A stretch of DNA of 64,000 bases from an uncultured virus (IMG/VR IMGVR_UViG_3300005440_000007) (lineage: Duplodnaviria; Heunggongvirae; Uroviricota; Caudoviricetes), in the IMG/VR virus record IMGVR_UViG_3300005440_000007, one strand, 5' to 3'. Each line of letters opens with the position of its first letter. Within the stretch, counting starts at the first letter, position 1. Made by a program: the position numbers and the translations under genes. The notes beneath the pieces are model-generated. The model made no database searches and had not been told where the DNA came from. It saw only the letters and a list, made by a program, of their open reading frames with translations. This document shows, piece after piece, positions 51,639-60,925 of the stretch.

Positions 51639-52418
51639 CTACTGGCGCGGAGTAAAGACGTATTTCGAGATCATCACGGTTGAGTTCCGGACGCAGAGAA
51701 ACAGGTTCTGCTCCTTGGCGCGCCCAGGATGGGACAGCTGCTTCATGTCGCCCTTCCAGTCGATGATCGCCTTTCCGTCGACGAGGATGACGACGCGGCC
51801 CTCCCGAACGGCGCATTTCACGACCATGGGCTTCCGGACGGGGACCTGTTTCCCGGCCACCTTCGTCTCGTTCTCGTAGACGCGGCCACCGTTCACGCAG
51901 GTAAGGCCGGTGCATTGGCCCGGGCCCCAGTCGAACGTGACGGAGAAAGGTTTCCCGGAGGCGACCAAGCCGATCACGATCTCGTCGTCGCCGTCCTTCC
52001 GTTCAAGCACGATGTCGACGTCGTAGGCCCCGGAGGTCGGCGTGTAGGGGATCTCGAGAAGTCCGATTCCGCTTCCGACGACCGCTCCGCCGCTCGTGCG
52101 CCATTCGCCGGTCACGCCATGCTTCTTGGGCTCGATCCCGGCCAGCAGATTGGCGGGCCGATCGGCGGCTTTCGTGTCGTCGCCGGAGAAGGACGCGCCG
52201 GTGAGGGGCGCCTTGGGGGTCACGAACTTCACGTCCTTGACCTCGTCCTTCTTGACCTTGATGTTCTGGTTGTCGGCGGTCTGGACTTCAATGGAGTCTC
52301 CGCCGCAGTCCTTGATCACCCGGAACTGGATCTGCTTTCCGTCCTTGAGGGTGAGCTCGTCGGCGGACGCCGGCACGCACACGACCAGGGCGCACAGGAA
52401 CGCGTTCAGGATCTTCAC
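51639..52418 (-). CDS. secreted protein (Sec signal, Planctomycetota-style lectin-like domain)
   Basis: AGGAGG SD before GTG 52418; signal ..CALVVCVPASA-DELTLKDGK; NLLA.I.PKKH.V.GEW. Confidence 0.75.
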   Translation of the reverse strand: MKILNAFLCALVVCVPASADELTLKDGKQIQFRVIKDCGGDSIEVQTADNQNIKVKKDEVKDVKFVTPKAPLTGASFSGDDTKAADRPANLLAGIEPKKHGVTGEWRTSGGAVVGSGIGLLEIPYTPTSGAYDVDIVLERKDGDDEIVIGLVASGKPFSVTFDWGPGQCTGLTCVNGGRVYENETKVAGKQVPVRKPMVVKCAVREGRVVILVDGKAIIDWKGDMKQLSHPGRAKEQNLFLCVRNSTVMISKYVFTPRQ

Positions 52419-52430
52419 CAACCACCTCCT

Positions 52431-52479
52431 TGGCGTATACGCCATATACAAAGTATACGCCCAACTTCTCCGTTTGCAA
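52431..52479 (-). promoter_or_regulatory. promoter TTGCAA-N16-TATACT with perfect 14-bp operator TGGCGTATACGCCA before the SD
   Basis: Palindrome 52431-52444; a second GGCGTATAC overlaps the -10. Confidence 0.8.
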
Positions 52480-52498
52480 CCTGGAATCGTCGACCCGT

Positions 52499-53092
52499 CT
52501 ATTGTACCCGCATCAGGTCGACTCCGCGAGCGGAGAAGAAGCGGATGTATTCCCAAGAGGGGTGCTGGGCTCTGATCTTCTTGACGGCGGAATCCTCCCT
52601 GGGATCGACCAGCGCGTCGTGGAATCCGACATAGGATCCGGGCTTCAGAAACGGCAGCGCGGTCTGGAGTTCCGCGAGGACCGATTCCTCGGAGTGATCT
52701 GCGTCGAGCCAGAGGAAATCGAGCTTCCGATTCTTCGGCATCGACTGGAGCACGTCCGTAGAGCGGGCCTTGTAGAACGTCACCCGCTGGGAAACCTTGA
52801 AGCGCTCGAACATCGCTTTCACGCCATGGTCCGTCAGGTCGACCGTGTGGAGATGGCCGTTCCCGTTCTGCTCGAGCGCCTTCGCCATCATAAGCGCGGA
52901 GAATCCCTTGTGGGTCCCGGTCTCCACGATCACGTCGGGCTTGAGCATTCGCACGATCCCATGCAGGAACTCACCTACCTCGAGCTCGACAGCCCAGCCG
53001 CCTCCGAACTCGTTCACGACCGACCACTGGCCCTTCCAGGGATCTTTGGCGACGCTCCTGGCAAGAATGCCCTGTAGCTCGGGGTCGATCAT
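52499..53092 (-). CDS. class I SAM methyltransferase (type 24 / O-methyltransferase-like)
   Basis: VETGTHKGFS..LDADHS..LKPG..FHD. Confidence 0.9.
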   Translation of the reverse strand: MIDPELQGILARSVAKDPWKGQWSVVNEFGGGWAVELEVGEFLHGIVRMLKPDVIVETGTHKGFSALMMAKALEQNGNGHLHTVDLTDHGVKAMFERFKVSQRVTFYKARSTDVLQSMPKNRKLDFLWLDADHSEESVLAELQTALPFLKPGSYVGFHDALVDPREDSAVKKIRAQHPSWEYIRFFSARGVDLMRVQ

Positions 53093-54285
53093 TGGGAATC
53101 TCCCAAAAGGCTTTCACAAATCTTCTTCTCGCCGCCCCACCGGATGTCCGGACAAATGACGTGGAGCTTTTCCACGATCCGATCCTTATGGGGGGCGAGA
53201 TCTTCGAACATCCCGCGCAACTCGCCGGCCATATCTCGCGTCGGATTGTAGCCCCAGTCGATGAGGATCTGCCGTTGGGGCTCGTAATAATGGGACTCCG
53301 ATTCGACCCTTGGGTTTTCGACCGGGACAATGGGAGCGCTGATCCCGAACTCCTTCGCCGCCGCCTGAACCCGCCGTGCGAGCTCGATGATCTCGTAGGT
53401 CTCTTCGAACTGGTTGATCACGCGATACTCGCCCATCTTCGGAGGATGCTCCAGGGCAAGTTCGATGCACGTTATGGAATCTTTGAGCGGAAGGAATCCA
53501 CGCCGCTGGCGCCCGGATCCGAACGGCATGATCGCAAGATCTGCGACGGCCTGAGCGCAGAATCGGTTGATCGCCGTCCCGAAGCACTGGTCGAAATCGA
53601 ATCTTGTCCTGAATCGGGGGTCGGCCGCAGGGGCGCCGTCTCTCGTCCCGTAGACAACTCCCTGCATGATGTCCGTGGAGCGAAGATTCCAGATCTTGCA
53701 GGCCATCATGATGTTGTTCGAATCGTGGACCTTCGACTGGTGGTACCAGCTTCCCGCCTGTCTCGGAAATGGAAGTCGATCCTTTCTCCCCATGTATTCG
53801 ATCTCAAAAAACCCCTCCGGGATTTGGACGTTGGGCGTTCCGTATTCCCCCATCGTCCCGAGCTTGACCAGGTGTGCTGAAGGCTGCTCGTCCCGGATCG
53901 CATGGAGGAGGTTCAAAGTCCCGATGATGTTGTTTCTCTGAGCATAGACCGCATGATCCGCATCTATCATGCTGTAGGCCGCAGACGGCATTTCGGCGAG
54001 GTGGACGATCGCGTCCGGCTGGAACGCCCGGACGGAGTCCTGGGCGATGAAATAATCGCAGAGGTCTCCAGACCAGAATTTGAGGGGCTGTTTAGTTAGC
54101 GTCTCGAATGCCCGAAGGCGTTCATCGAGAGATGCGATCGGGATCACGGAATGAGAGCCCACTTCCCTGACCCATGAACGCCGGAGCCCTGCGTCGATAC
54201 CCGCCACTGTATGACCATGCGCGGCCAGACGAAGAGACAAGGGCCAGCCAAGATAACCGTCCATTCCAGCGATCAAGATCTTCAT
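53089..54285 (-). CDS. sqdB: UDP-sulfoquinovose synthase
   Basis: GMDGYLGWP..PSAAYSM..HLVKLGTMGEYGTPN..PRQAGSWYHQSKVHDS..TDIMQGVVYG..FGTAINRFC. Confidence 0.95.
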   Translation of the reverse strand: MKILIAGMDGYLGWPLSLRLAAHGHTVAGIDAGLRRSWVREVGSHSVIPIASLDERLRAFETLTKQPLKFWSGDLCDYFIAQDSVRAFQPDAIVHLAEMPSAAYSMIDADHAVYAQRNNIIGTLNLLHAIRDEQPSAHLVKLGTMGEYGTPNVQIPEGFFEIEYMGRKDRLPFPRQAGSWYHQSKVHDSNNIMMACKIWNLRSTDIMQGVVYGTRDGAPAADPRFRTRFDFDQCFGTAINRFCAQAVADLAIMPFGSGRQRRGFLPLKDSITCIELALEHPPKMGEYRVINQFEETYEIIELARRVQAAAKEFGISAPIVPVENPRVESESHYYEPQRQILIDWGYNPTRDMAGELRGMFEDLAPHKDRIVEKLHVICPDIRWGGEKKICESLLGDSQ

Positions 54286-54289
54286 CGGT

Positions 54290-55183
54290 TCACCATGCAG
54301 GTTCCGGAAACACGGCGTCCCTAAGCACAGGACGGAGCTGACGGGCGTCCTCCCTTTCCCCTAGAAGTGCGTCGAAGACAAACCCGACATCGAGGGCTGT
54401 CCTCCCAAGTTTCGAGATCCGATGAACAAGAGGTTTCGCCATCGCTCCGCAACTGACGAGCGCGACATCATAATCCAGGCGCTCGGCGCATTGAAGGGCG
54501 AAGTGGAAATCCCTGCAGCCCCCGCCTTCTTCTCTGGAACTGATCGGAATGGCCCCGACAATGTTCACCTTGCTGGATGGCCCGAAGCATTCCCTGGCCT
54601 TATGGAAAGCCGGAAGCTTCCAGACCTCGAGGAGCCGCGGCGCGAGGTTTCCGATCAGAAGAACTTTCCTGCCCGAAAGCCAGGTGAGGAGCGATCCATC
54701 GACGAGCATCTGGTAGGGAAGATGGATCTCGACGGCCGACGGAAACGGCAGTGGACAATCCAGCATTGCGAGGAGCGACGCCGTCTCGATCATCTGGGTA
54801 TCCCAGTTCTCCAGGACCCCGACAAGCGCACTCTCTCGAATCGAGGCGATCATATGCTGCCGGATCCACAAGGAATCGGGCGTGTATCCGGCGCGCGTGA
54901 ACATCGTGGTGATGGTATTGGAAGCGTTCCCGAACGGGAAGAAGAGGGCCCCCAGGAGACCCAGCTCAAAATCCCCAATCCGAACTAAAGAGAACGGCTC
55001 CTTCTCGGAGAAGAAGCGACGCTTCCCCGCCTCCAGCTGCTCCTGCATCGTCGCGCCGTGGCTTTTCGGAAGAATCCCATGAGGAATGAAGGGGATTTTC
55101 GTCCACTTGAGGCGATAGATCTCGTCCTGCTCTTCCTTGGAAAGATCCGTGAACCATCGATCAAGTTTTTCGAATTGAATCAC
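54290..55183 (-). CDS. GT-D-fold-like glycosyltransferase
   Basis: FSLVRIGD.E..DVALV.CG..AK..ALDVG. Confidence 0.75.
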   Translation of the reverse strand: MIQFEKLDRWFTDLSKEEQDEIYRLKWTKIPFIPHGILPKSHGATMQEQLEAGKRRFFSEKEPFSLVRIGDFELGLLGALFFPFGNASNTITTMFTRAGYTPDSLWIRQHMIASIRESALVGVLENWDTQMIETASLLAMLDCPLPFPSAVEIHLPYQMLVDGSLLTWLSGRKVLLIGNLAPRLLEVWKLPAFHKARECFGPSSKVNIVGAIPISSREEGGGCRDFHFALQCAERLDYDVALVSCGAMAKPLVHRISKLGRTALDVGFVFDALLGEREDARQLRPVLRDAVFPEPAW

Positions 55184-56043
55184 AGAGCGCTTTCGATGAC
55201 GGTCTTGGCCCGGTGGATCGAAAGATGACGGTCGAGGCAGGCGTTCCGGCAGGCCTTTCCGATCGCCAACGCTCTTGGAGGATCGGAGAGCAGGCCTTGC
55301 AGTTTTCTCTTGAAATCGCCGACGTCGTCGAAAAATATCGCCTCGGTCCCTTCGACGAAGTTCGCCGGGATGGCGATGCTCATTCTCTGGGAAAGAAGAG
55401 CGCAACCGAAGAATGCCGTCTCCCAATAACGGTAGGTGTCCCAGCCAGCGCCACGGGCCGACACTCCTATCCTCGATCGGGCAAGAATGGCGTTGTACTC
55501 CTTCTTCGGCTTGATAGAAGTCTGAGCCCCGACGTTCATCTCCTGAAGAGTCTTGAGGATCTCGATCCGTATAGGCGACGTGATTCCGACCGCGAACGTG
55601 ATCGGGATGTCGCGTGCCGGCGCCTGAGGCATCTCCTCCGGAATCGCAGCAAATGGAAGCGGGCGAACCTTCGCCTGGTAGCTCACGTTCAAGAGAAACT
55701 CCCTCTTGAAGTAGATCGAAGAGACATTGTAGTGAGGTTGACGCACGACAGGGTCGTCTTCGCCGTCAATCACCGCCACACGACCGCCATGGGTCTCCTT
55801 AACCCACGCTTCAATGTCTTGGATCCTAGAGCGCACGGAAGCAACCAGGATATTCGCCTCTAGGAAGTCGATCTTATTCTGGCCGCCGAAACCTTGGAAC
55901 AGCTGGGCCTGCATGGGGTTTGCAGTCGAAAGCTGGTTATAGCGGAGGTGGACGCGATCTCGGCCCAGGAGGCGGATCAGACCGTCGGTGACAATGTCGA
56001 TCAAGTAATCGGGACTTCCGCTTGAAACGACGGCAGCTTTCAT
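55180..56043 (-). CDS. GT-B glycosyltransferase (CgeB/Glyco_trans_1_2-like)
   Basis: IDGED..YFKRE..S.RGAGWDTYRYWE. Confidence 0.8.
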   Translation of the reverse strand: MKAAVVSSGSPDYLIDIVTDGLIRLLGRDRVHLRYNQLSTANPMQAQLFQGFGGQNKIDFLEANILVASVRSRIQDIEAWVKETHGGRVAVIDGEDDPVVRQPHYNVSSIYFKREFLLNVSYQAKVRPLPFAAIPEEMPQAPARDIPITFAVGITSPIRIEILKTLQEMNVGAQTSIKPKKEYNAILARSRIGVSARGAGWDTYRYWETAFFGCALLSQRMSIAIPANFVEGTEAIFFDDVGDFKRKLQGLLSDPPRALAIGKACRNACLDRHLSIHRAKTVIESAL

Positions 56044-56049
56044 CTGTCC

Positions 56050-56640
56050 TCAGGATTTTACGTGAGCGCCGAAGCCGGCGCCGCAGAGACGATGAAGAAA
56101 ATTGAGCTCCACTTTTGGCTGCGGCACTTCCGCCCAGAAGCGCCTCATCTCCGGATTGAGAGCGATGTCGTCGAATACCATCACGCCCCCGGGAGCCAGC
56201 ATTTCCCGGTATATCTTGAACTCGGACATGACGACGTCGTAGGTGTGATCCGAGTCCAGATAGATGATCCCGAACTGACCGCAATCCTTAGGGAAAAGTT
56301 CCTTGGCCTTCCGGGAATCCGCCGTGATCGGAATGACGTTCGAGAGATTCTTGAGGTTTTCCACCGACGAAAACCGTCCCCGCGACTGAGGGTCGACGTC
56401 GATCGTCACTACCTTTGAGGTCGGGCATCCCATCGCCAGCTGCGCCGCCGAAAGCCCCAAACGCGTCCCCGTCTCCAGGATCCAGGCCGGTTTCATTTGC
56501 CGGGAAAGCTCGTAGAGAAAGCGGTAGTAGACCGCGTACTGGGAATCGGTATCCCGCATCCTCTCGAGCCATTCCGGACGGAAATCCGGAGTGCTCCTCG
56601 ACATCTCGGCGATTTTTGCGACCTCGAAAATATCCATCAC
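56050..56640 (-). CDS. class I SAM methyltransferase (type 24-like)
   Basis: LETGTRLGLSA..LDSDHTY..LAPGG..FDDI. Confidence 0.9.
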   Translation of the reverse strand: MMDIFEVAKIAEMSRSTPDFRPEWLERMRDTDSQYAVYYRFLYELSRQMKPAWILETGTRLGLSAAQLAMGCPTSKVVTIDVDPQSRGRFSSVENLKNLSNVIPITADSRKAKELFPKDCGQFGIIYLDSDHTYDVVMSEFKIYREMLAPGGVMVFDDIALNPEMRRFWAEVPQPKVELNFLHRLCGAGFGAHVKS

Positions 56641-57575
56641 ATGCTCCGAACCGCTTCAATCAGCTTCCTGAACTTGAGGGAATTCGTTCCCCAGTGACAC
56701 GCCTGGGCGACGGTCGCCCGTCCGGCGGCGCCGATCTTGAGATTGTACTCCGGATCTTTCAGTTTTCGGACGAGCTCGAGAACCGCATCGCGCTTGGTCT
56801 CGACGACCAGGCAGTTTTCTTCGTTCTTGAAGAACGACGTCTCCGTGCAGCGAAGCCAGTCGAAGGGGAAGATGATCGGAACCCCTTGGAGAGCCGCTTC
56901 CATGACGGCAAGGCCGGGGGTGTCGAAAGGCTTGAGGTGATACATCGCAAGCGATGCTCGGAGCCTGGCGAAGAATTCTTTTTGCGGCAGTTTCCTCGAC
57001 CAGTCGGGAGGGCCTCCTCCGTAGAGCTCCAGCTTCGATTCGGGATGATCGCGCAGCTCGCGCAGAACCCCGACATTGCTCCACCCTTCAGCGTTTTCCA
57101 CCGCCGTGATCAGGTAGTTTCCGATCGTGGTCCTCTGGCTCTGGTCCAGCGGCCCGTAGTAGGGGGGCCAGAAGAACTCGGAGGGACAGACATTCATTTC
57201 CCTGATGCCACGACCGACCGCTTCCGCCCAGGCAAGAGATCCGACTTTCCCGATGGGTTTGAAGTTCTGCTTGATCCAGTCCGGCCCGACCGGCATCTGC
57301 CAGACCAGGATGACCGGGCCGTTCCAGCCCTTCGCCCGGAGGCGCTCGATCGACTTGGGATGGGTATCGAGAAAGAGCGCGTCCTGAGGCATGTTCCGGA
57401 GTTCCATCGTCCCGGAAAGCTCGGGAAGCTTCTGATTGCTGTTGTGGTAGTTCTCGACCACGCCGTGGAACGATCCGCCAGCGACATAGACCTTGTAGCC
57501 GAGGCTCTTCAGCATCCACGCCTGGATCCGGATCGCGACGCTGTGAACCTCGTTGATGACGGCGATCTGTTCCAC
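56637..57575 (-). CDS. GT4-like glycosyltransferase
   Basis: DTPGLAVMEAALQGVPII; start revised to GTG after AGGGAGGAG. Confidence 0.85.
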   Translation of the reverse strand: MEQIAVINEVHSVAIRIQAWMLKSLGYKVYVAGGSFHGVVENYHNSNQKLPELSGTMELRNMPQDALFLDTHPKSIERLRAKGWNGPVILVWQMPVGPDWIKQNFKPIGKVGSLAWAEAVGRGIREMNVCPSEFFWPPYYGPLDQSQRTTIGNYLITAVENAEGWSNVGVLRELRDHPESKLELYGGGPPDWSRKLPQKEFFARLRASLAMYHLKPFDTPGLAVMEAALQGVPIIFPFDWLRCTETSFFKNEENCLVVETKRDAVLELVRKLKDPEYNLKIGAAGRATVAQACHWGTNSLKFRKLIEAVRSM

Positions 57576-57585
57576 GAGCTCCTCC

Positions 57586-58383
57586 CTAATGAGTCGGCAT
57601 CCGATTGTATCTTGGGGTGTTACGAATTCGGTGACGTTCCGCGTCACTGAGAATATCCCATTCGAGCATGGAACCGTTCTTCAGCGATTCCGAGATCGCG
57701 CCGCAATGCTGCATCTCCGCGCTGAAATTCACTTCCCCCCGCTCCGCGGCCTTCTGAACGGATCCGCCGCAGCGGTGCCAGACGGGAGCGTTGGCGATGA
57801 TGATGGTGTACTTTCCGAACCGATTCATCACCCGGCGCTGGAAATCGTGGTCCTGGCCGTAGAACCTGAAGCGCTCGTCGAATCCCTTGAGCGCTTCAAA
57901 GATCGACCGGCGAACCATCACGGCATAGAAGGCGGCATTGCACCCGCCGCCGAAGCTGTAGTCGCTTTCGTGCTCCTTCCACGCCTCGGCCAGGTGCTGC
58001 ATGGCTTCAGGCGTCGGCGCCGGGGCTGTCGTAGGATCGGGGAATGCAGACTGGGTCGGGTCGACCAGCTTCTTCCAGTCGTGCCCCACCGGCCTCGGCA
58101 TCACGGCGCCGGCATCCGCATGCCGTTCGATCCCCGCGACCAGGCGCTCATCCCATCCCGGGGAAAGCCGGATATCGGTGTTGAGGAAGACGATATAGTC
58201 GGCCTTCCCCCGCAGGGCGAGCTCGTTCCAGGCGATCGTGAGCGTCTTCGTATTTCCGATGTTGTCGTGAAAGTGAAGCTCATGAGGAAACGAGTTCATG
58301 GTTTTCAGGCCCTGGAGAACGGATGGGAGATCCGCCTCGGAGCGATAAGCCACCATGACGATGTCGACGGAAGGGTTTGTCAC
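57586..58383 (-). CDS. GT2 glycosyltransferase
   Basis: AWN..FLNTD..GFDERF.FYGQD.D. Confidence 0.88.
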   Translation of the reverse strand: MTNPSVDIVMVAYRSEADLPSVLQGLKTMNSFPHELHFHDNIGNTKTLTIAWNELALRGKADYIVFLNTDIRLSPGWDERLVAGIERHADAGAVMPRPVGHDWKKLVDPTQSAFPDPTTAPAPTPEAMQHLAEAWKEHESDYSFGGGCNAAFYAVMVRRSIFEALKGFDERFRFYGQDHDFQRRVMNRFGKYTIIIANAPVWHRCGGSVQKAAERGEVNFSAEMQHCGAISESLKNGSMLEWDILSDAERHRIRNTPRYNRMPTH

Positions 58384-58386
58384 GTT

Positions 58387-59412
58387 CTATTTCCTGGAGA
58401 GAGTCTCGATCCAGCGGTCCTTGAGGCTCTTCCACGAGAACTTCTCTTCCGCCCAGGCCCGCGCCTTCCTGGACAGCTCGGAGATGTCCTTCGACTTGAG
58501 GGAGTTGACGATGTCGACGAGACCCTTTACCGAAGGAAGGTTGGACGTTAGCGCCTTCCCCATGATGGAGATCTTCATCGCCTTTTCGACCGGAATGAGC
58601 GGCCCGCAGACGATGTCCTTCATAGGCTCGGCATTGACCGCGATCACCGGCATCCCGCAGGCCTGAGCCTCCACGAGAGAAACGCCCACGCCTTCATAGC
58701 GGGACGGCTGAAGCGCGATATCTCCCGTCCTGTACAGATCTGCCGGCTCCGGAGCATTCCCGAGCTCGACGGTCAGCCCGTGCGGAACCAGGATCCCCTT
58801 CATCTCGTCGACGGGCTTCTGGGCCTTGATCACGAGCTTCGGAGGGATGTTGCCCAGCTTCTTCCAGGCTTCGACGATCTCCGGAATCGACCGACGATGC
58901 TGCGGGCCACCGTACCCATACACGGAGATGAAGGTGTTCGCCTTCTGCCGCTCCTGGAAAGGAAGCCGATCCGTATCGACCGGCACCGGGATCAGCGTAG
59001 CCTGAAGACCGATGGCTTTAAGTTCGTTCTGGCAAAGCGTGTTTGGACAAAGAAGCCTTCCCAGTTTCCAGACCGACATGTGCTCGGGCGCGGTCGAGAA
59101 CCAGTCCCAGTGGCACATGTGGACCCACTTCACGTCCTTCCTCGCCCAGATCGCGGGGAAGGTCCACGCTCCGGGGACTTCCCAGGTGAGGATCGTGTCG
59201 GGGCGATGGCACTCGATGAAGAGCTCCATCTGCTTGTCCAGGTTGGCCGGCTGGGCGAAGTAGGAAGGGGTTCCAACCAGGAGATCTTTCCGGGTAGGCT
59301 TGTTCGGGTTGTCCAGGATGAAAGCGCAGGAGACCGGAAGATTCCTGACCGCGTCGATCAACTCTCGGCCTACTCCGGAATCACCAGCCCACCCGACCAC
59401 GGCAAGACGCAT
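58387..59412 (-). CDS. GT4 glycosyltransferase
   Basis: PSRYEGVGVSLVEAQACGMPVI. Confidence 0.9.
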   Translation of the reverse strand: MRLAVVGWAGDSGVGRELIDAVRNLPVSCAFILDNPNKPTRKDLLVGTPSYFAQPANLDKQMELFIECHRPDTILTWEVPGAWTFPAIWARKDVKWVHMCHWDWFSTAPEHMSVWKLGRLLCPNTLCQNELKAIGLQATLIPVPVDTDRLPFQERQKANTFISVYGYGGPQHRRSIPEIVEAWKKLGNIPPKLVIKAQKPVDEMKGILVPHGLTVELGNAPEPADLYRTGDIALQPSRYEGVGVSLVEAQACGMPVIAVNAEPMKDIVCGPLIPVEKAMKISIMGKALTSNLPSVKGLVDIVNSLKSKDISELSRKARAWAEEKFSWKSLKDRWIETLSRK

Positions 59413-59427
59413 CGTTCTCTCCTTCCC

Positions 59428-60102
59428 TTAGAGCAGGCGGCGACGCCATTTGTCCTGGAACGCCGCGCGCGCAGCCGATTCCATCTCGGACAGATTCTGG
59501 GGATATGCCGAGACGAAGGCTGATTTGATCTTGACGCTATGCTCGATCACGACCTTCCCCATCACGCCGCACGAGAAGCCCGCACGGCGCGCGCGAAGGC
59601 AGTAGTCGGTATCTTCGTATCCGTATCCAGGAAACCCTTCCTCGAGAGGGCCTACGGCGTCAAGAACCATGCGTGGAATGTAGAGGCAGGTGAAGGAGAC
59701 GAACGGAACTTCCGCGTGGTTTTCCCCGGCTTTCTGCCACCAGGGGCCGATGCGACCCGCAACCGACGCGGCAAGCAACCGAAGGGGGGCCTCCTCGGAC
59801 AGAAGATCGAAGCCGAAGGGCGTCATGAGTTCCACATCGTCGCCCATGATAACGACGTCGTCTGGCGCGCAGGCTTTGATCGCAAGATTGACGCGACGGG
59901 CATAGCAGAAATTGCTCTGGTCGTTCACGAACGAAACATTCTTCAGGTGCTCTGCGGCGACGGTCGAGAGCTTGAGCGCCTTGCTTGGGACAAAAATCCG
60001 CTTGGAGTCGATGCCCTGGTGCATCTTGAGAACGGCTCCGACGCTCAGCGAAAGGCTCGCCTCGCAGTCGGACGGTACGACGACCGACCACTGGTTAGGC
60101 AT
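59428..60102 (-). CDS. GT2 glycosyltransferase
   Basis: F.YARRVN..DD..GYGYEDTDYCLRARRAG. Confidence 0.85.
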   Translation of the reverse strand: MPNQWSVVVPSDCEASLSLSVGAVLKMHQGIDSKRIFVPSKALKLSTVAAEHLKNVSFVNDQSNFCYARRVNLAIKACAPDDVVIMGDDVELMTPFGFDLLSEEAPLRLLAASVAGRIGPWWQKAGENHAEVPFVSFTCLYIPRMVLDAVGPLEEGFPGYGYEDTDYCLRARRAGFSCGVMGKVVIEHSVKIKSAFVSAYPQNLSEMESAARAAFQDKWRRRLL

Positions 60103-60925
60103 TGGAATCCTTCTTTCGCTGAAGCAGCTTCGCGGCGTATTGGGAAAGCGGAAGTTTTCCGTACTTCGGATCTTGCCGAATTGCGGCGCGCGCTTCTTTG
60201 GAAAGCTTCTGCCAGGGGCCGTCCTTGGAAACGATTGCGCGGGCGTCGTTCAGGTGCGCGTACTCGCCGCCGAGATCCGAATAAACGCGCAAGATGTATT
60301 CCATGGACCCGGTTCCGGATTTCGAATACACGGGGCACGACCTCACGGAGGCGGCCAGCTGGCCCGTATCTTGATGCATGCGGGACTGGAAATCGTGGTC
60401 GTGCCCGAAGACACGGAAGCGCTCGTCGAATCCCTGAAGCGTCTGCCACAACGATCGCTGCATCATGGCGGCGGAGAATGGGGCGTTGAATTCCTCGTAG
60501 AGGTAGATCACGCCGGTGAACATTTCGGCCTGCTCGGCGATCTGCGCCATGTCAGTGATGCCGGGCTCCCCTTCTTTGAAGGGGATTGGCGCTCCTTCCG
60601 CCACGAGTTTGATCGGCCTTTCATTTCCGAAGAAGGCCGGGATCGCTACGCCCACCTGAGGAAAGGCTTCAAGCGCCTCGGAAAGCCGAATGTCCCAGTC
60701 GGGCGAGAGAAGAACGTCGGTCTTCATGAAGACGATGAGATCGCCTTTCCCTTTCGCCGCCAGATCGTTCCATGCCGCAGACAGCGTCTTGGGATTGGCT
60801 CCGCTGGCGATGTCGAAAACGTGAAGGGTGTACTTCAGCTTTGACGTCCGTTTCACGTCCGCCAGGAAGGGCGCCATGTTCTCCCCGGGCCATAGGGAGG
60901 CGACTACCACGTCAAGGTGCGGCAT
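60095..60925 (-). CDS. GT2 glycosyltransferase, paralog of 57586-58383
   Basis: KTLSAAWNDLAAKGKGD..LSPDWD.RL..GFDERFR.FG.DHDFQ. Confidence 0.85.
   Translation of the reverse strand: MPHLDVVVASLWPGENMAPFLADVKRTSKLKYTLHVFDIASGANPKTLSAAWNDLAAKGKGDLIVFMKTDVLLSPDWDIRLSEALEAFPQVGVAIPAFFGNERPIKLVAEGAPIPFKEGEPGITDMAQIAEQAEMFTGVIYLYEEFNAPFSAAMMQRSLWQTLQGFDERFRVFGHDHDFQSRMHQDTGQLAASVRSCPVYSKSGTGSMEYILRVYSDLGGEYAHLNDARAIVSKDGPWQKLSKEARAAIRQDPKYGKLPLSQYAAKLLQRKKDSNA

Noticed and set aside
57575..57647. Apparent 62-nt overlap between two GT genes
   Set aside because: It disappears when the GTG at 57575, with a strong SD, is used as the start.
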